Source: an uncultured Ruficoccus sp.
GTDB lineage: Bacteria; Verrucomicrobiota; Verrucomicrobiia; Opitutales; Cerasicoccaceae
Direction of reading: 5' to 3'
Length of the DNA: 64,000 bases
Assembly: GCA_965140785.1 (NCBI GenBank)
Contig: OZ223511.1
Location: 1 to 64,000 of the forward strand
Below are positions 41,108-50,563 of this stretch, in pieces; the stretch's first letter is position 1, and the number at the start of each line of letters is the position of its first letter. A model generated the notes under the pieces. The model did no database searches and was not told the DNA's origin. It worked only from the letters and a program-made list of their open reading frames with translations. Both the position numbers and the translations under genes were made by a program.

Positions 41108-41812
41108 ATGAGTGATCTGGATAAACCTTCCTCCCATCCCGATGACCCGGTTCCTCCGACCGGGCACGAGCAGCATGAGGCGGCCGCTTATGGAGACGAG
41201 CACATGGTCGAGATCCACAAGCAGCTTGAGCGCGAGAAAGGCGAGCCGGACGAAGGCTTTACGCCGATCCCGCTGGTGCTGATGGTGTTTTTTGGCCTGC
41301 TGTTTTTCTGGGCCGGGAGCTACTTTAACAAGTACAACGGCGACTTTCGCCCCGACGTGTACGACCCGAACTGGACACCCGGCGGCGGCGGTGGCCAGGA
41401 GGAAGTGGCCTTCGATCCGATCAAGCGCGGCGACCGTCTGTTTCGCAACAATTGCGCGGCCTGCCACCAGGCCGACGGCCAGGGCGTGCCCGGCGCCTTC
41501 CCGCCGCTGGATGGCTCCCCCTGGGTAGTCGGTGCTCCCGAGCGTTTTGTGAAAATCGTCATGCGCGGCCTCCAAGGAGCGGTCGATGTGAAGGGCAACA
41601 CCTTTAACGGCAACATGCCCTCCTACGGGGAGAATGGTCTGGACTGGAGCGACCAGGATATCTCCGCTATCACCACCTACGTGCGCCAGAACTGGAGCAA
41701 TGAGGCCCCGCCCATCCCTGAAGAAACGGTAGCCGAAGTCCGCGCCTCCATCGCCGACAAGTCCGGAGCCTGGACCGCTCCCGAGCTGCTCGAAATGCAC
41801 CCCATGCAATAG
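41108..41812 (+). CDS. Membrane-anchored monoheme cytochrome c at the CcoP position
   Basis: Transmembrane helix; single CAACHQ..G.G.PGAFPPL; MPSYG axial Met. Confidence 0.85.
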   Translation: MSDLDKPSSHPDDPVPPTGHEQHEAAAYGDEHMVEIHKQLEREKGEPDEGFTPIPLVLMVFFGLLFFWAGSYFNKYNGDFRPDVYDPNWTPGGGGGQEEVAFDPIKRGDRLFRNNCAACHQADGQGVPGAFPPLDGSPWVVGAPERFVKIVMRGLQGAVDVKGNTFNGNMPSYGENGLDWSDQDISAITTYVRQNWSNEAPPIPEETVAEVRASIADKSGAWTAPELLEMHPMQ

Positions 41813-41851
41813 CAGGGCATGCCCTGGACCCTCGGTGCTGCGCACCGCAAT

Positions 41852-41896
41852 GGGGCTCTGCCCCATCGGAACCAGAAAGGCTCCTGCCCCGGAATT
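41852..41896. repeat. 45-bp dispersed repeat, copy 2
   Basis: GGGGCTCTGCCCCATCGGAACCAGAAAGGCTCCTGCCCCGGAATT. Confidence 0.75.
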
Positions 41897-41930
41897 CTGG
41901 GCGGTGTCTTTTAAATCCCGGTACAGGCCC

Positions 41931-42025
41931 TAACCTCTAAGGGGTTATGTTATTCAGCCGCGGGTTGCCTCGGCTACCCGGGGAAACGGTTTGGAGGATG
42001 GAGTTTTTTTACCCCGAAAGGGTTA
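41931..42025. repeat. Degenerate REP-like unit of three short hairpins
   Basis: TAACCTCTAAGGGGTTA, CGGGTTGCCTCGGCTACCCG and ACCCCGAAAGGGTT. Confidence 0.45.
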
Positions 42026-42120
42026 CGCTCAGCCGTCACTCATCGCTGCGATTTTGGAGATTCTTATTCCCGCGTTCGGCTGCGCGTGACTTTGCGGGCG
42101 CAAGCATTATAACGAGTCCC

Positions 42121-42924
42121 ATGCCGGAATTGGCCGAAGTCGAGTACTACCGCAAGCGCTGGAACCCCGGACTGGGTAAGCCGGTTCAGGCCGTGCGCCT
42201 GCATGCGCGGGCGCGTGTCTTTCGCGAGTGTGACACCGAGGCACTGGCTCATGTGCTGCGTGGGGCGGTGCTGGAGCGTTCACTGGCGCGGGGCAAGCAG
42301 ATGCTCTTCGGCTTCAGTGGTGGTGGCTGGCTCGGTATCCACCTGGGCATGACAGGCAAGCTGTTTTGCGAGCCTGTCCCCTATGCGCCCGACCGGCACG
42401 ACCATCTCGTGCTGGAGCAGGCGAAGCAGGTGCTGGTTTTCAACGACCCGCGCTTGTTCGGGCGGGTGCGTTTCGATATCGGCGGGGAGCCACCGGCGTG
42501 GTGGCGGGAATTCCCGCCGGATTTGCTTTCGGAGGATTTTACGGGGGCGGCGATGCGTGCGTTTTTGGAGCGCCGCAAGCGTTCTCCGCTCAAGGCCGTG
42601 CTGCTTATCCAGGAGCGCTTTCCGGGCATCGGCAACTGGATGGCAGATGAAATCCTCTGGCGGGCGGCCCTGCATCCGGCCACCCCGGCGGGTTCGCTGA
42701 CGACCCGGCAGATGAACCGCCTCTATAAAACCGTGCGCGAGGTGTGCGCGGAGGCGCTTGAGGTGATCGGGACGGACTGGTCCGACCCGCCGCAGAGCTG
42801 GCTGTTCCCGCATCGTTGGGAAGACGGTGGACGCTGCCCCAAGACCGGCCAGCCCCTGGTGCGCGAGACGATCGGGGGCCGCACGACCTGCTACAGCCCC
42901 GCTCGACAGAAGCTGCCGTCTTGA
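42121..42924 (+). CDS. Fpg/Nei family DNA glycosylase
   Basis: MPELAEVE, RGKQ, HLGMTG, DPRLFG, H2TH motif PGIGNWMADEILW, GGRTT. Confidence 0.9.
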   Translation: MPELAEVEYYRKRWNPGLGKPVQAVRLHARARVFRECDTEALAHVLRGAVLERSLARGKQMLFGFSGGGWLGIHLGMTGKLFCEPVPYAPDRHDHLVLEQAKQVLVFNDPRLFGRVRFDIGGEPPAWWREFPPDLLSEDFTGAAMRAFLERRKRSPLKAVLLIQERFPGIGNWMADEILWRAALHPATPAGSLTTRQMNRLYKTVREVCAEALEVIGTDWSDPPQSWLFPHRWEDGGRCPKTGQPLVRETIGGRTTCYSPARQKLPS

Positions 42925-43047
42925 GCGTTATCGATGCGGGCACAGTTCGGTTAATGAGCCCCGCCACCGTTACTTTTACCTGCCAGAAAGCACGCCGGGG
43001 CGGTCTTTGCGCTTGTGGGCAGGCCAGCGAAATCTTTCCATAGAGCG

Positions 43048-43707
43048 ATGCTCAAGGTAGTTCAATGCTGGGACGACGGTGTGCACGACGACATCGCGCT
43101 GATCGAGATTTTGCGCAAATACGGGGCGAAGGCTTCCTTCAACCTCAACCCCGCGCTCTACAAGGACGAGCGCACCGGATGGCACAACGATAACCTGAAC
43201 AAGGATATTTCTCGCCTGGCGCAGTCGGAACTGAAGGACGTGTACGCGGGCTGGACCGTCGCCAACCACTCCATGAGTCACCACTGGCCGCTGAAGATTC
43301 CCCTGGAGCAGTGGCGACTGGAGGTCGTGGACGCGCGCAAGTGGTTGCAGGATTTCTTCCAGCAGCCGGTGCTGGGTTTTGCCTATCCTTTCGGAAGCTT
43401 CGATGACGCCACGGCGCAGGTGCTGCGCGAGGCCGGCCATGTCTATGGCCGCACGACCCAAAAGTCCACCCCTTGCCTACCGGTGGCGGACCCGATGCAG
43501 TTTCACCCGGACTGCCACTTCCTCGACGAGAAATTCTGGGAAAGGTATGAACAGGCCAAGCAGTCGGAGGCCGGTGTGTTTTATTTTTGGGGCCACAGCT
43601 ACGAGCTGCACACCCCGGAGCGTTGGGAGAACTTCGAAGCCTGTATCCAGAAAATCGCTACAGACCCTCAGGCCGAGTGGGCAGAGTTGCCGGAGTTGTT
43701 CGCCTGA
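43048..43707 (+). CDS. Polysaccharide deacetylase (CE4/NodB-like)
   Basis: WDDG, ANHSMSH, GFAYPFG, FYFWGHSYE. Confidence 0.85.
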   Translation: MLKVVQCWDDGVHDDIALIEILRKYGAKASFNLNPALYKDERTGWHNDNLNKDISRLAQSELKDVYAGWTVANHSMSHHWPLKIPLEQWRLEVVDARKWLQDFFQQPVLGFAYPFGSFDDATAQVLREAGHVYGRTTQKSTPCLPVADPMQFHPDCHFLDEKFWERYEQAKQSEAGVFYFWGHSYELHTPERWENFEACIQKIATDPQAEWAELPELFA

Positions 43708-43714
43708 GCGGCCC

Positions 43715-44956
43715 TTACTTATACAGCCAGTAGTTGCTGCTCCAGCGCTGAAACTCCTGGGAAAGGGCCTCCCACTCATCGACGAATTTGTCCACGCGGG
43801 CGCGACTGCCGCGGGTGGAGATTTCGTTCCACCAGGCCTCAGAGCCGACGTGAATTTTGTAGAGGCGTTGCTGGGCGGGGGAGGCCTCGGCGAAGGGGTT
43901 GTCGCCGGACCAGTCGCAGGCCAGACGCATCATCTGAAAGCTGATTTCGGTGGGGCGGAGCTTGTTCCAGTCGGTCACGACGACGTAGGCACCGGGGCGC
44001 TTGCCCTCGGGCATGAGCTGGAACCGCAGGCCGGGCAGGGCGAGGGAGTTGAGGGTGCGGGCGACCAGTACGGGGTCTTTTTTGTAATAGTTGAGCAGGC
44101 GAAAGGGGTAGCCCTCGCCGTAACCGTGGCGGAAGCCGCCGAGTTGGCAGCCGAGGCCGGTCATGGCGTAGCCCACGGCGGCGGAAAAATCCGGAATGGC
44201 GGGCGAAGTCGGCACCCAGCGCAGGCCGGTATTGGGCCAGAGCATGCTGCGGCGCCAGCCCTTCATGGGGACGACGTAGAGCTTTCCATTTTTCTGCACC
44301 TCCTCGTCCACGTCCATCCAGCCGGGAATGTTTTTGGCCATGAGGGCGAGTTCGCCGATGGTGAGTCCGTGCACGTAGGGCACGCGGAAGGAGCCGACGT
44401 AGGACATTAGGTGCTTGTCCAGCGGGGGGCCGTCGACCTTGAGGCCGCCGAGGGGGTTGGGCCGGTCGAGGACCATGACCGGGATGCCCTGCTCGAAGCA
44501 CGCCTCCATGGCCAGGCGCATGGCGCTGACGTAGGTGTAGCTGCGCACCCCGATATCCTGCAGGTCCACCACGAGGATATCGATGCCGCGAAGCATCTCG
44601 GGCGTGGGCTTACGGGTGGGGCCGTAGAGCGAGTAAACGGGCACGCCGGTCTCGGGGTGGGTGGTGCTGGGCACGTATTCCTCGGCCTTGGCCTTGCCGT
44701 CGATCCCGTGCTCGGGGCCATAGAGGGCGGTCAGGTTGACGTTGGGGTGGTCGTAAAGGACTTTCCAGGTCGGCACGCCGCGGCTGTCGATGCCGGCGCC
44801 GTGGGTCAGCAGCCCCACGCGCAGTCCTTGCAGGGCCTCGAAGTTCTGTGCCTCCAGTACGTCGATCCCGAGCATGACCCGGGGGGCGGCCTGGGCGGAG
44901 ATCATGCCCAAGAGCAGGACGAGCAAGAGGGCGGCGGCTTGGAAAAATCTAATCAT
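43715..44956 (-). CDS. Exo-beta-N-acetylmuramidase NamZ (DUF1343/YbbC) family
   Basis: GPEHG, SLYG..RKPT, DLQDIGVRSYTY, LDRPNPLGG, HGLTIGELA, WVPTSP. Confidence 0.9.
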   Translation of the reverse strand: MIRFFQAAALLLVLLLGMISAQAAPRVMLGIDVLEAQNFEALQGLRVGLLTHGAGIDSRGVPTWKVLYDHPNVNLTALYGPEHGIDGKAKAEEYVPSTTHPETGVPVYSLYGPTRKPTPEMLRGIDILVVDLQDIGVRSYTYVSAMRLAMEACFEQGIPVMVLDRPNPLGGLKVDGPPLDKHLMSYVGSFRVPYVHGLTIGELALMAKNIPGWMDVDEEVQKNGKLYVVPMKGWRRSMLWPNTGLRWVPTSPAIPDFSAAVGYAMTGLGCQLGGFRHGYGEGYPFRLLNYYKKDPVLVARTLNSLALPGLRFQLMPEGKRPGAYVVVTDWNKLRPTEISFQMMRLACDWSGDNPFAEASPAQQRLYKIHVGSEAWWNEISTRGSRARVDKFVDEWEALSQEFQRWSSNYWLYK

Positions 44957-45716
44957 CCTTGCGGGTGGTTTCCTGGGGGTCGTCTTTGTCGCCGCCTTTA
45001 CCGGGCAGGTGGATTTTCAGTTTCGCCTGTCGGGCAAACTCCTCGAACTGGAGCTGGATGGCGCGACCGCTACGCTCGTAGTAACGAGCCATGAGCTGAT
45101 AGGTCAGGCTGATGATGAAGCCGATCAGGATGCCGAGGATGGTGCCGCCAACGATGGTGGCCTTGAGCGCGAGCGCGACCAGGGCGTGTCCGCTCATGCC
45201 GGTACTCTGCACGAGCGAGGCCATGGTGGCATGCGGGGCATTTGCCCCAATGAGCCCGGTAACCATCTCCTTCAGGTGTGAGGCGATGTTGGCGGAAAAG
45301 TCCCAGACCGAACCGCCCGGGATATCGATCCCGATCATATAGAGTACCTCCAGCCCGATGAAGCAGGCCGCCGTGTAGAGGGGGACGAAGGTGACCGGAT
45401 TGGTGATGAACTGGGTGGCGACCATGATCATCAGGTTGCCGCGGATGAGCAGGGCGAGGGCGAAGGCGCAGGGGATCTGGATGCCGTAGATGGGCATCAT
45501 CGAAAGGATGCAGCCGACATAGATGGCGGGCAGGATGTGCTGGCGGCGAAACGACCACAGGTAGGAGCGCTTGCGGGCCGTCTGGGAAAACCACTTCAGG
45601 AAAGGGTAGCGGTGGACGGTGGCACGGCGGGGCAGCGGGCGCAGCAGTCGCTTCACCCGGCGGATGCGCTCATGCACCTTGCGCTTGAGCTCTTCGTGCC
45701 GCTCGTCCGTAGTCAT
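44949..45716 (-). CDS. DUF2062 membrane protein
   Basis: P.YGIQ and ITNPVTFVP motifs; multiple transmembrane helices. Confidence 0.75.
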   Translation of the reverse strand: MTTDERHEELKRKVHERIRRVKRLLRPLPRRATVHRYPFLKWFSQTARKRSYLWSFRRQHILPAIYVGCILSMMPIYGIQIPCAFALALLIRGNLMIMVATQFITNPVTFVPLYTAACFIGLEVLYMIGIDIPGGSVWDFSANIASHLKEMVTGLIGANAPHATMASLVQSTGMSGHALVALALKATIVGGTILGILIGFIISLTYQLMARYYERSGRAIQLQFEEFARQAKLKIHLPGKGGDKDDPQETTRKDD

Positions 45717-45729
45717 GGCCGGAAGGATC

Positions 45730-46887
45730 TTACTTGGAAAACACTTCGACCAGCTTGCGCGTCAGAAGTTTCTTCCCCTCGGAGATCGAGCGTTCCTTGG
45801 TGTAGCCGGTCGGTGCCATGACATCGGCGGTGGTCTTGGGGGGCAGGTCGAGCTTGCTCTCGACCAGCCCGGCCACGACCTTGGCGTGCTTGTGTTGCCG
45901 GGCGGCCTCGCGCAGGATGGAGCCCGGCCCCTTGCCCTGGAGCGAGCTGCGGTCAAATTTCCCTTCCCCGGTGATCACGAGGTCGGCGGCGGCGACTTTT
46001 TCCTTCAACTGGAGCCAGGACTCGACCAGGTCGAAGCCCTTGACCATGCGCGCGTCGCAGGCGGCCTGCAGGCCGAAGCCGATCCCGCCGGCGGCTCCGG
46101 CGCCGGGGCTGCTCATGAGGGAGGCGGATTTTTCAAAAAAGTCGCACAGGCGCTTACCCATGGTGCCGACGGCTTTCTCCAAGGTGGAGAAGTCCTCATA
46201 GACCATGCCCTTTTGCGGGCCATAGGTGGCGGTGGCTCCGTTCGCGCCGAGCAGGGGGTTGTCCACGTCGCAGGCGATATTGATGCGGGGGATGTGGGAC
46301 CAGATTTCACCGTCGAGGCGCGAGACGCGGCTCCAGTCGCGCGGGGTGGCGTGGTCGATGAGCTGGCCGTCATCGTCCAGGAGTTGGAGGCCAACGGCCT
46401 CCAGAGCACCGAGGCCGACATCGTTAGTGGCGCTGCCGCCGATGCCCAGCAGGATCTCCATCGCTCCGGCATCGGCCGCCTCGGCGATGAGCTGGCCGGT
46501 CCCATAGGAAGAGGCGATCCAGGGGTCGCGTTTGTCGGGGGGGACGGACTGCAGGCCGCTGGCCTGGGCCATCTCGATGACCGCCAGGGTGCCCTCGGAG
46601 GGCAGGTGAAGAATCTCCCGCACGCGGCTGCCCAGCCGGTCGATTTCGACGTAGCCGATCTGTGAGGTCTGCGGGTCGAGCTGAGGGCCGAGGACAGGGA
46701 CGCGCTCAATGCTGCCGTAGGCCGAACGGGTCAGGATTTCGCAAAAACCTTCGCCCCCGTCGGTGAGGGGAGCGATCGTGACCTGCCAGTTTGGATGAAG
46801 CTTGAGAATGACTTCCTGGGCTATTTGACAAGCCTCCGGTGCCGTCATGCAGTCTTTGAATTTGTCGAAGGCGATCAGGATATGCAT
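45730..46887 (-). CDS. Glycerate kinase (GarK/GlxK family)
   Basis: DKFK, DGGEG, IEMAQASG, GIGGSATND, DVDNPLLG, GAGAAGG, ITGEG.FD. Confidence 0.92.
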   Translation of the reverse strand: MHILIAFDKFKDCMTAPEACQIAQEVILKLHPNWQVTIAPLTDGGEGFCEILTRSAYGSIERVPVLGPQLDPQTSQIGYVEIDRLGSRVREILHLPSEGTLAVIEMAQASGLQSVPPDKRDPWIASSYGTGQLIAEAADAGAMEILLGIGGSATNDVGLGALEAVGLQLLDDDGQLIDHATPRDWSRVSRLDGEIWSHIPRINIACDVDNPLLGANGATATYGPQKGMVYEDFSTLEKAVGTMGKRLCDFFEKSASLMSSPGAGAAGGIGFGLQAACDARMVKGFDLVESWLQLKEKVAAADLVITGEGKFDRSSLQGKGPGSILREAARQHKHAKVVAGLVESKLDLPPKTTADVMAPTGYTKERSISEGKKLLTRKLVEVFSK

Positions 46888-47062
46888 CAGGAGAAAGGAT
46901 CGGATTTTCTCTACAGTCCTATTAGCGGGTCAGTAGGGGGAAGAGGTCAAACCGAAACGGGATTCCGGGCCGCGTTTTACGAATAAACGGGTGCCCCTGA
47001 CCCGGCGTGTGCCGGGCGCATCGTCTCATCCGGCTTCTTTCATATTAGAGATTATCTTTCAG

Positions 47063-47126
47063 CCACGGATGAAACGCGGAGAGATTTCACGGAGAAGAAA
47101 TCTGTGCCCATCTGTGAAATCTGTGG
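47063..47126. repeat. CCACRGAT tandem-unit inverted repeat
   Basis: CCACGGATGAAACGCGGAGAGATTTCACGGAG faces ATCTGTGCCCATCTGTGAAATCTGTGG. Confidence 0.8.
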
Positions 47127-47173
47127 ATAAAAACAAGCCTCATGTCTCATGAGATAAGGTATTAGTGGGTGCC

Positions 47174-48259
47174 TTATCCCTTGTCCTTGTCGAAGAGGAT
47201 ATTTTCGCTCTCCATCAGGAATTGCTCGCGGGCCTTGACGAGGGCTGAGGCGCGCCGGACGGCGTCCTCGCGCTGGGCCAGCGCACTTTCAGCCTTCTTG
47301 AGGGTGGCCTCCTTGGCGCTCAAATCGTGCTTGAGGGATTCGATTTTCTGAAGGTCGTTGGAGGACAGGCTCTTGGTTTGCTGGCGCTGGCTGAGTTCTT
47401 CCTGCATCTGCTCAAGTTCAGCCTCCATTTCGGTCAGGCGCTGGCCTTTTTCGAACAGGGATTCCTCGCTCTCGCGCAGAAACTGTTCGCGCTCCTCCAT
47501 ACTGAGCTGCTTCTGCTCCAGTTCGCTAACTTTGCTTTCCAGTTGCTGGCGCAGCTCGTTCAGGGCTTTTTCGGCCTCGGGGGTGAGTTCCCCGTCGGTG
47601 CGGCGTTCGGTCTGCATTTGCCGGAGGGACTGCATGCGCTTCTTGAGGGTTTCGTCCATCTGCTTGAGGGCCTCTTCGCGCAGTTCGAGGTCCTGCTGCC
47701 GCTTGAGCAGGGAGCGCTGGGAGTCTTTCTGCTGCTCAATATCCCGTTCGCGCTGCCGGAGTTGTTCTTCCAGGCTCTGGGCTTTCTGGCTGACAGCGGA
47801 GAGGTCCTTTTCCCGGGCCTGGAGCTCCTGACGGAGGCGCTCCACCTCCCGCCGCGAGGCCGGGCTGCCTCCCTGCTCCTCGAGGAGTTTGCGCCGGTGG
47901 CGCAGGGCCCGGTCCATGGTCCGGGCGAGGGCGTCCTCGTCGTAGGGCTTTTCCACGTAGTCATAGGCGCCCGCCCGCAGGGACTTGATCGCATACTCCT
48001 TCGAATCGAAGGCCGTGGTCATGATGACGACGACATTCTCGTCCACCTCGCGCAGGGCGCCCAGCAGTTCCACCCCGTCCATGCCCGGCATGTCGATGTC
48101 GGTGAAAACCACGTCGATCCCGCCCTGCTGATAGAGGTGGAGGGCTTCCTTGCCCCGCATGGCATGCACGACGTCGTACCCGGCGTCGCCGAAAACGATG
48201 TCCAGCATATCGTGGACACCTTTGATGTCGTCAACTACGAGTACAGCAGGCCTGGGCAT
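47174..48259 (-). CDS. Response regulator receiver domain fused to a long coiled coil
   Basis: VLVVDD, TDIDMPGMDG, GAYDYVEKP; about 230 aa of Glu/Gln/Lys/Arg heptad sequence. Confidence 0.85.
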   Translation of the reverse strand: MPRPAVLVVDDIKGVHDMLDIVFGDAGYDVVHAMRGKEALHLYQQGGIDVVFTDIDMPGMDGVELLGALREVDENVVVIMTTAFDSKEYAIKSLRAGAYDYVEKPYDEDALARTMDRALRHRRKLLEEQGGSPASRREVERLRQELQAREKDLSAVSQKAQSLEEQLRQRERDIEQQKDSQRSLLKRQQDLELREEALKQMDETLKKRMQSLRQMQTERRTDGELTPEAEKALNELRQQLESKVSELEQKQLSMEEREQFLRESEESLFEKGQRLTEMEAELEQMQEELSQRQQTKSLSSNDLQKIESLKHDLSAKEATLKKAESALAQREDAVRRASALVKAREQFLMESENILFDKDKG

Positions 48260-48357
48260 GGGACTTACCCGTTAACACATCACTTGATGTGTTTAAGTGC
48301 AACACCCATAGAGACTTAGTTGTGAAACTCAGCCTGAGGGCGGGTCTCCCTGGGGGA

Positions 48358-48705
48358 TTAACCCTCCTTAAACGAATAAGGTTCCGGGGCAATCTCGCGG
48401 GCGGGATTGAGCCGGTTGGCGTGGATTTCGACCTCGATCAAGACGTCCGGCTGGTCGTCCTTGCGGCCGCGGAAGGTCATGGCGCCCAGCCACGGGTTGC
48501 GGGTGCGGGTAAAGGCGAAGCCCTTACCCTCCAGGTCCCGGCCCAGTTTGGCGGGGTCGCCGCCCATGGGCAGCCTCAGCATGAGGTGCCCATGAGCGCC
48601 CTTTTCGTCGGCAAACTGGCATTCGACATCCGGAAAGTACTTCTGCACGGTGACGAGCAGTTTGGCGGCTTTCTCCAGGCGGTGGCGCAGGTTGCGGGGT
48701 TTCAT
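48358..48705 (-). CDS. Hypothetical protein downstream of the RNase E/G gene
   Basis: 115-aa ORF starting 13 bp after the RNase stop, with host-like codon usage. Confidence 0.65.
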   Translation of the reverse strand: MKPRNLRHRLEKAAKLLVTVQKYFPDVECQFADEKGAHGHLMLRLPMGGDPAKLGRDLEGKGFAFTRTRNPWLGAMTFRGRKDDQPDVLIEVEIHANRLNPAREIAPEPYSFKEG

Positions 48706-48718
48706 CTTTAAATCCTTT

Positions 48719-50458
48719 CTATCTCAGTTCCTGTCCGTTGACCGGGTCCACGATGCGGAAGTTCTCCACGTGGTAGCTGTAGTCGGACTTGAAGGAAAGG
48801 CTCACGTTATAGGCCTGCTCGATGTCGATCAAGTGTTCCTCGTCCTCGTGGCGGAGGCGGTCGAGGTTGGTCGGGTGGAGCAGGATGGCGATCTCGATCG
48901 TCTCACCGCGCTTGTGGGTGGTGTTGCGCAGGTGGCGGATGACGCTGACGAGCTTGCGCTGGATTTCCACGCTCATGGTGCGGGCGCTCTTGACGATGCC
49001 GCGGGCGGTGCAGTACGGGCAGCCGGTGTAGATGCCGCTGGCGTGGCTCTCGGCGTGGCGCTGGCGGGTCATCTGCATGATGCCGAGCTGGCTGATGGGC
49101 AGCACGTGGCTCTTGGCCTTGTCCTTGGACATCTCCTTGCGCATGCGGTCAAACACGGCCTTGCGGTCGCGCTTGTTCTTCATGTCGATGAAGTCCAGGA
49201 TGATGAGGCCGCCGATATTGCGCAGGCGGATCTGGCGGGCCGCCTCGGAGGCGGCCTCCAGGTTGGCGTTGACGATGAAGTCCTTGCCGCCCTTATCCTT
49301 GCCCTTGTGCGAGCCGGTGTTGACGTCGATGGCCACGAGGGCCTCGGTCTCGTCGATGACGATTTCGCCGCCGCTGGTCAGGGGCACGGTGCGCTGGAAA
49401 GTCTGCTCGATCTGGCGCTCGATATTGAAACGCTCAAAGATCGGGATGTCCTCCTTGAAGTGGACGATCTTCTTGCGTGAGCGGGGGGATACCTCCTCGA
49501 TGTTATCCAGGATGGCGCTGTGGCGGTCTTCACTGTCCACCAGCACGCGGTCAATGTCCTCAGTGAGGAAGTCGCGCACGGTGCGCTCGATGATGTCGGG
49601 CTCCTGGTAAAGCAGGGCGGGCTTGCCCTCCTTCATGCCGTCCTCGATCTTCTGCCACTTTTTGAGGAGCATGTGCAGGTCGCGCACGAAGTAGCGGAGC
49701 TTTTTGCCCTCGCCGGCGGTGCGGATGATGATGCCCATGCCCTCGGGGATGGTCAATTTGTTGAGGATCTGCTTGAGGCGGTCGCGCTCCTGGCGGCTCT
49801 CGATCTTACGGGAGATACCGCACTGGCCGGAGAAGGGCATGAGCACGAGGAACCGGCCCGGCAGGGCGAGGTTCGTGGTGGTGCGGGGGCCCTTGGTGCC
49901 GATCTGGGCCTTGGTGATCTGCACCACGATGTTAGTGCCGATCGGGTAAAGCTTGGGGATGTCCTTGAGGGTGGGCTTCTGGTTGCGGCGCTTTTTCTGC
50001 TCGGCCGTCTCGTTCATGCGGACGATTTCGGTCGCCTTGTCGTCGTTAGCGGCGGGCAGGATGTCCCAGTAGTGTAGGAAGGCGTTCTTGGGCTGGCCGA
50101 TGTCCACGAAGGCGGCCTTGAGGCCGGGCTCCAGGTTCTGGATTTTCCCGGCGAAGACGGCGCCGACCATTCGCTTGTCCCCGGAACGCTCGACCTCGAA
50201 CTTTTCCAGCACGCCATCGACGAGGAGGGCGACGCGGGTTTCCAGTGGCTCGGCGTTGATGATCAGCTCGCGGTAGGGCTGTTCTTTCTGGCCGGAGAGG
50301 ACGCGGGCGATCTTCTGGAGGACGGGGCGCTTCTTAGCGCGTTGGGAAGATTCTTTCTTCAGCTGGTCGCGGGGAATAGATTCGATGATTTCTTCCTTGG
50401 GGGGCGAGCGCAGCTCGTTATCAAGACTGTTTTTTTCGGTGGGTGATGAACTTTTCAT
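48719..50458 (-). CDS. Rne/Rng family ribonuclease (RNase G-sized)
   Basis: AAFVDIG..KNAFLH S1 domain, [33 protein letters not shown]. Confidence 0.93.
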   Translation of the reverse strand: MKSSSPTEKNSLDNELRSPPKEEIIESIPRDQLKKESSQRAKKRPVLQKIARVLSGQKEQPYRELIINAEPLETRVALLVDGVLEKFEVERSGDKRMVGAVFAGKIQNLEPGLKAAFVDIGQPKNAFLHYWDILPAANDDKATEIVRMNETAEQKKRRNQKPTLKDIPKLYPIGTNIVVQITKAQIGTKGPRTTTNLALPGRFLVLMPFSGQCGISRKIESRQERDRLKQILNKLTIPEGMGIIIRTAGEGKKLRYFVRDLHMLLKKWQKIEDGMKEGKPALLYQEPDIIERTVRDFLTEDIDRVLVDSEDRHSAILDNIEEVSPRSRKKIVHFKEDIPIFERFNIERQIEQTFQRTVPLTSGGEIVIDETEALVAIDVNTGSHKGKDKGGKDFIVNANLEAASEAARQIRLRNIGGLIILDFIDMKNKRDRKAVFDRMRKEMSKDKAKSHVLPISQLGIMQMTRQRHAESHASGIYTGCPYCTARGIVKSARTMSVEIQRKLVSVIRHLRNTTHKRGETIEIAILLHPTNLDRLRHEDEEHLIDIEQAYNVSLSFKSDYSYHVENFRIVDPVNGQELR

Positions 50459-50563
50459 TGGGCGTTTTGCCTGTGGGTTGGCGGCGGCGCCCTTCGTTAA
50501 GCTGGTGTGCGGCCCGCGCGAAATCCGGTCCGGGGCTGCGCAGCGGGTCTGGGGTTGTGCTTC

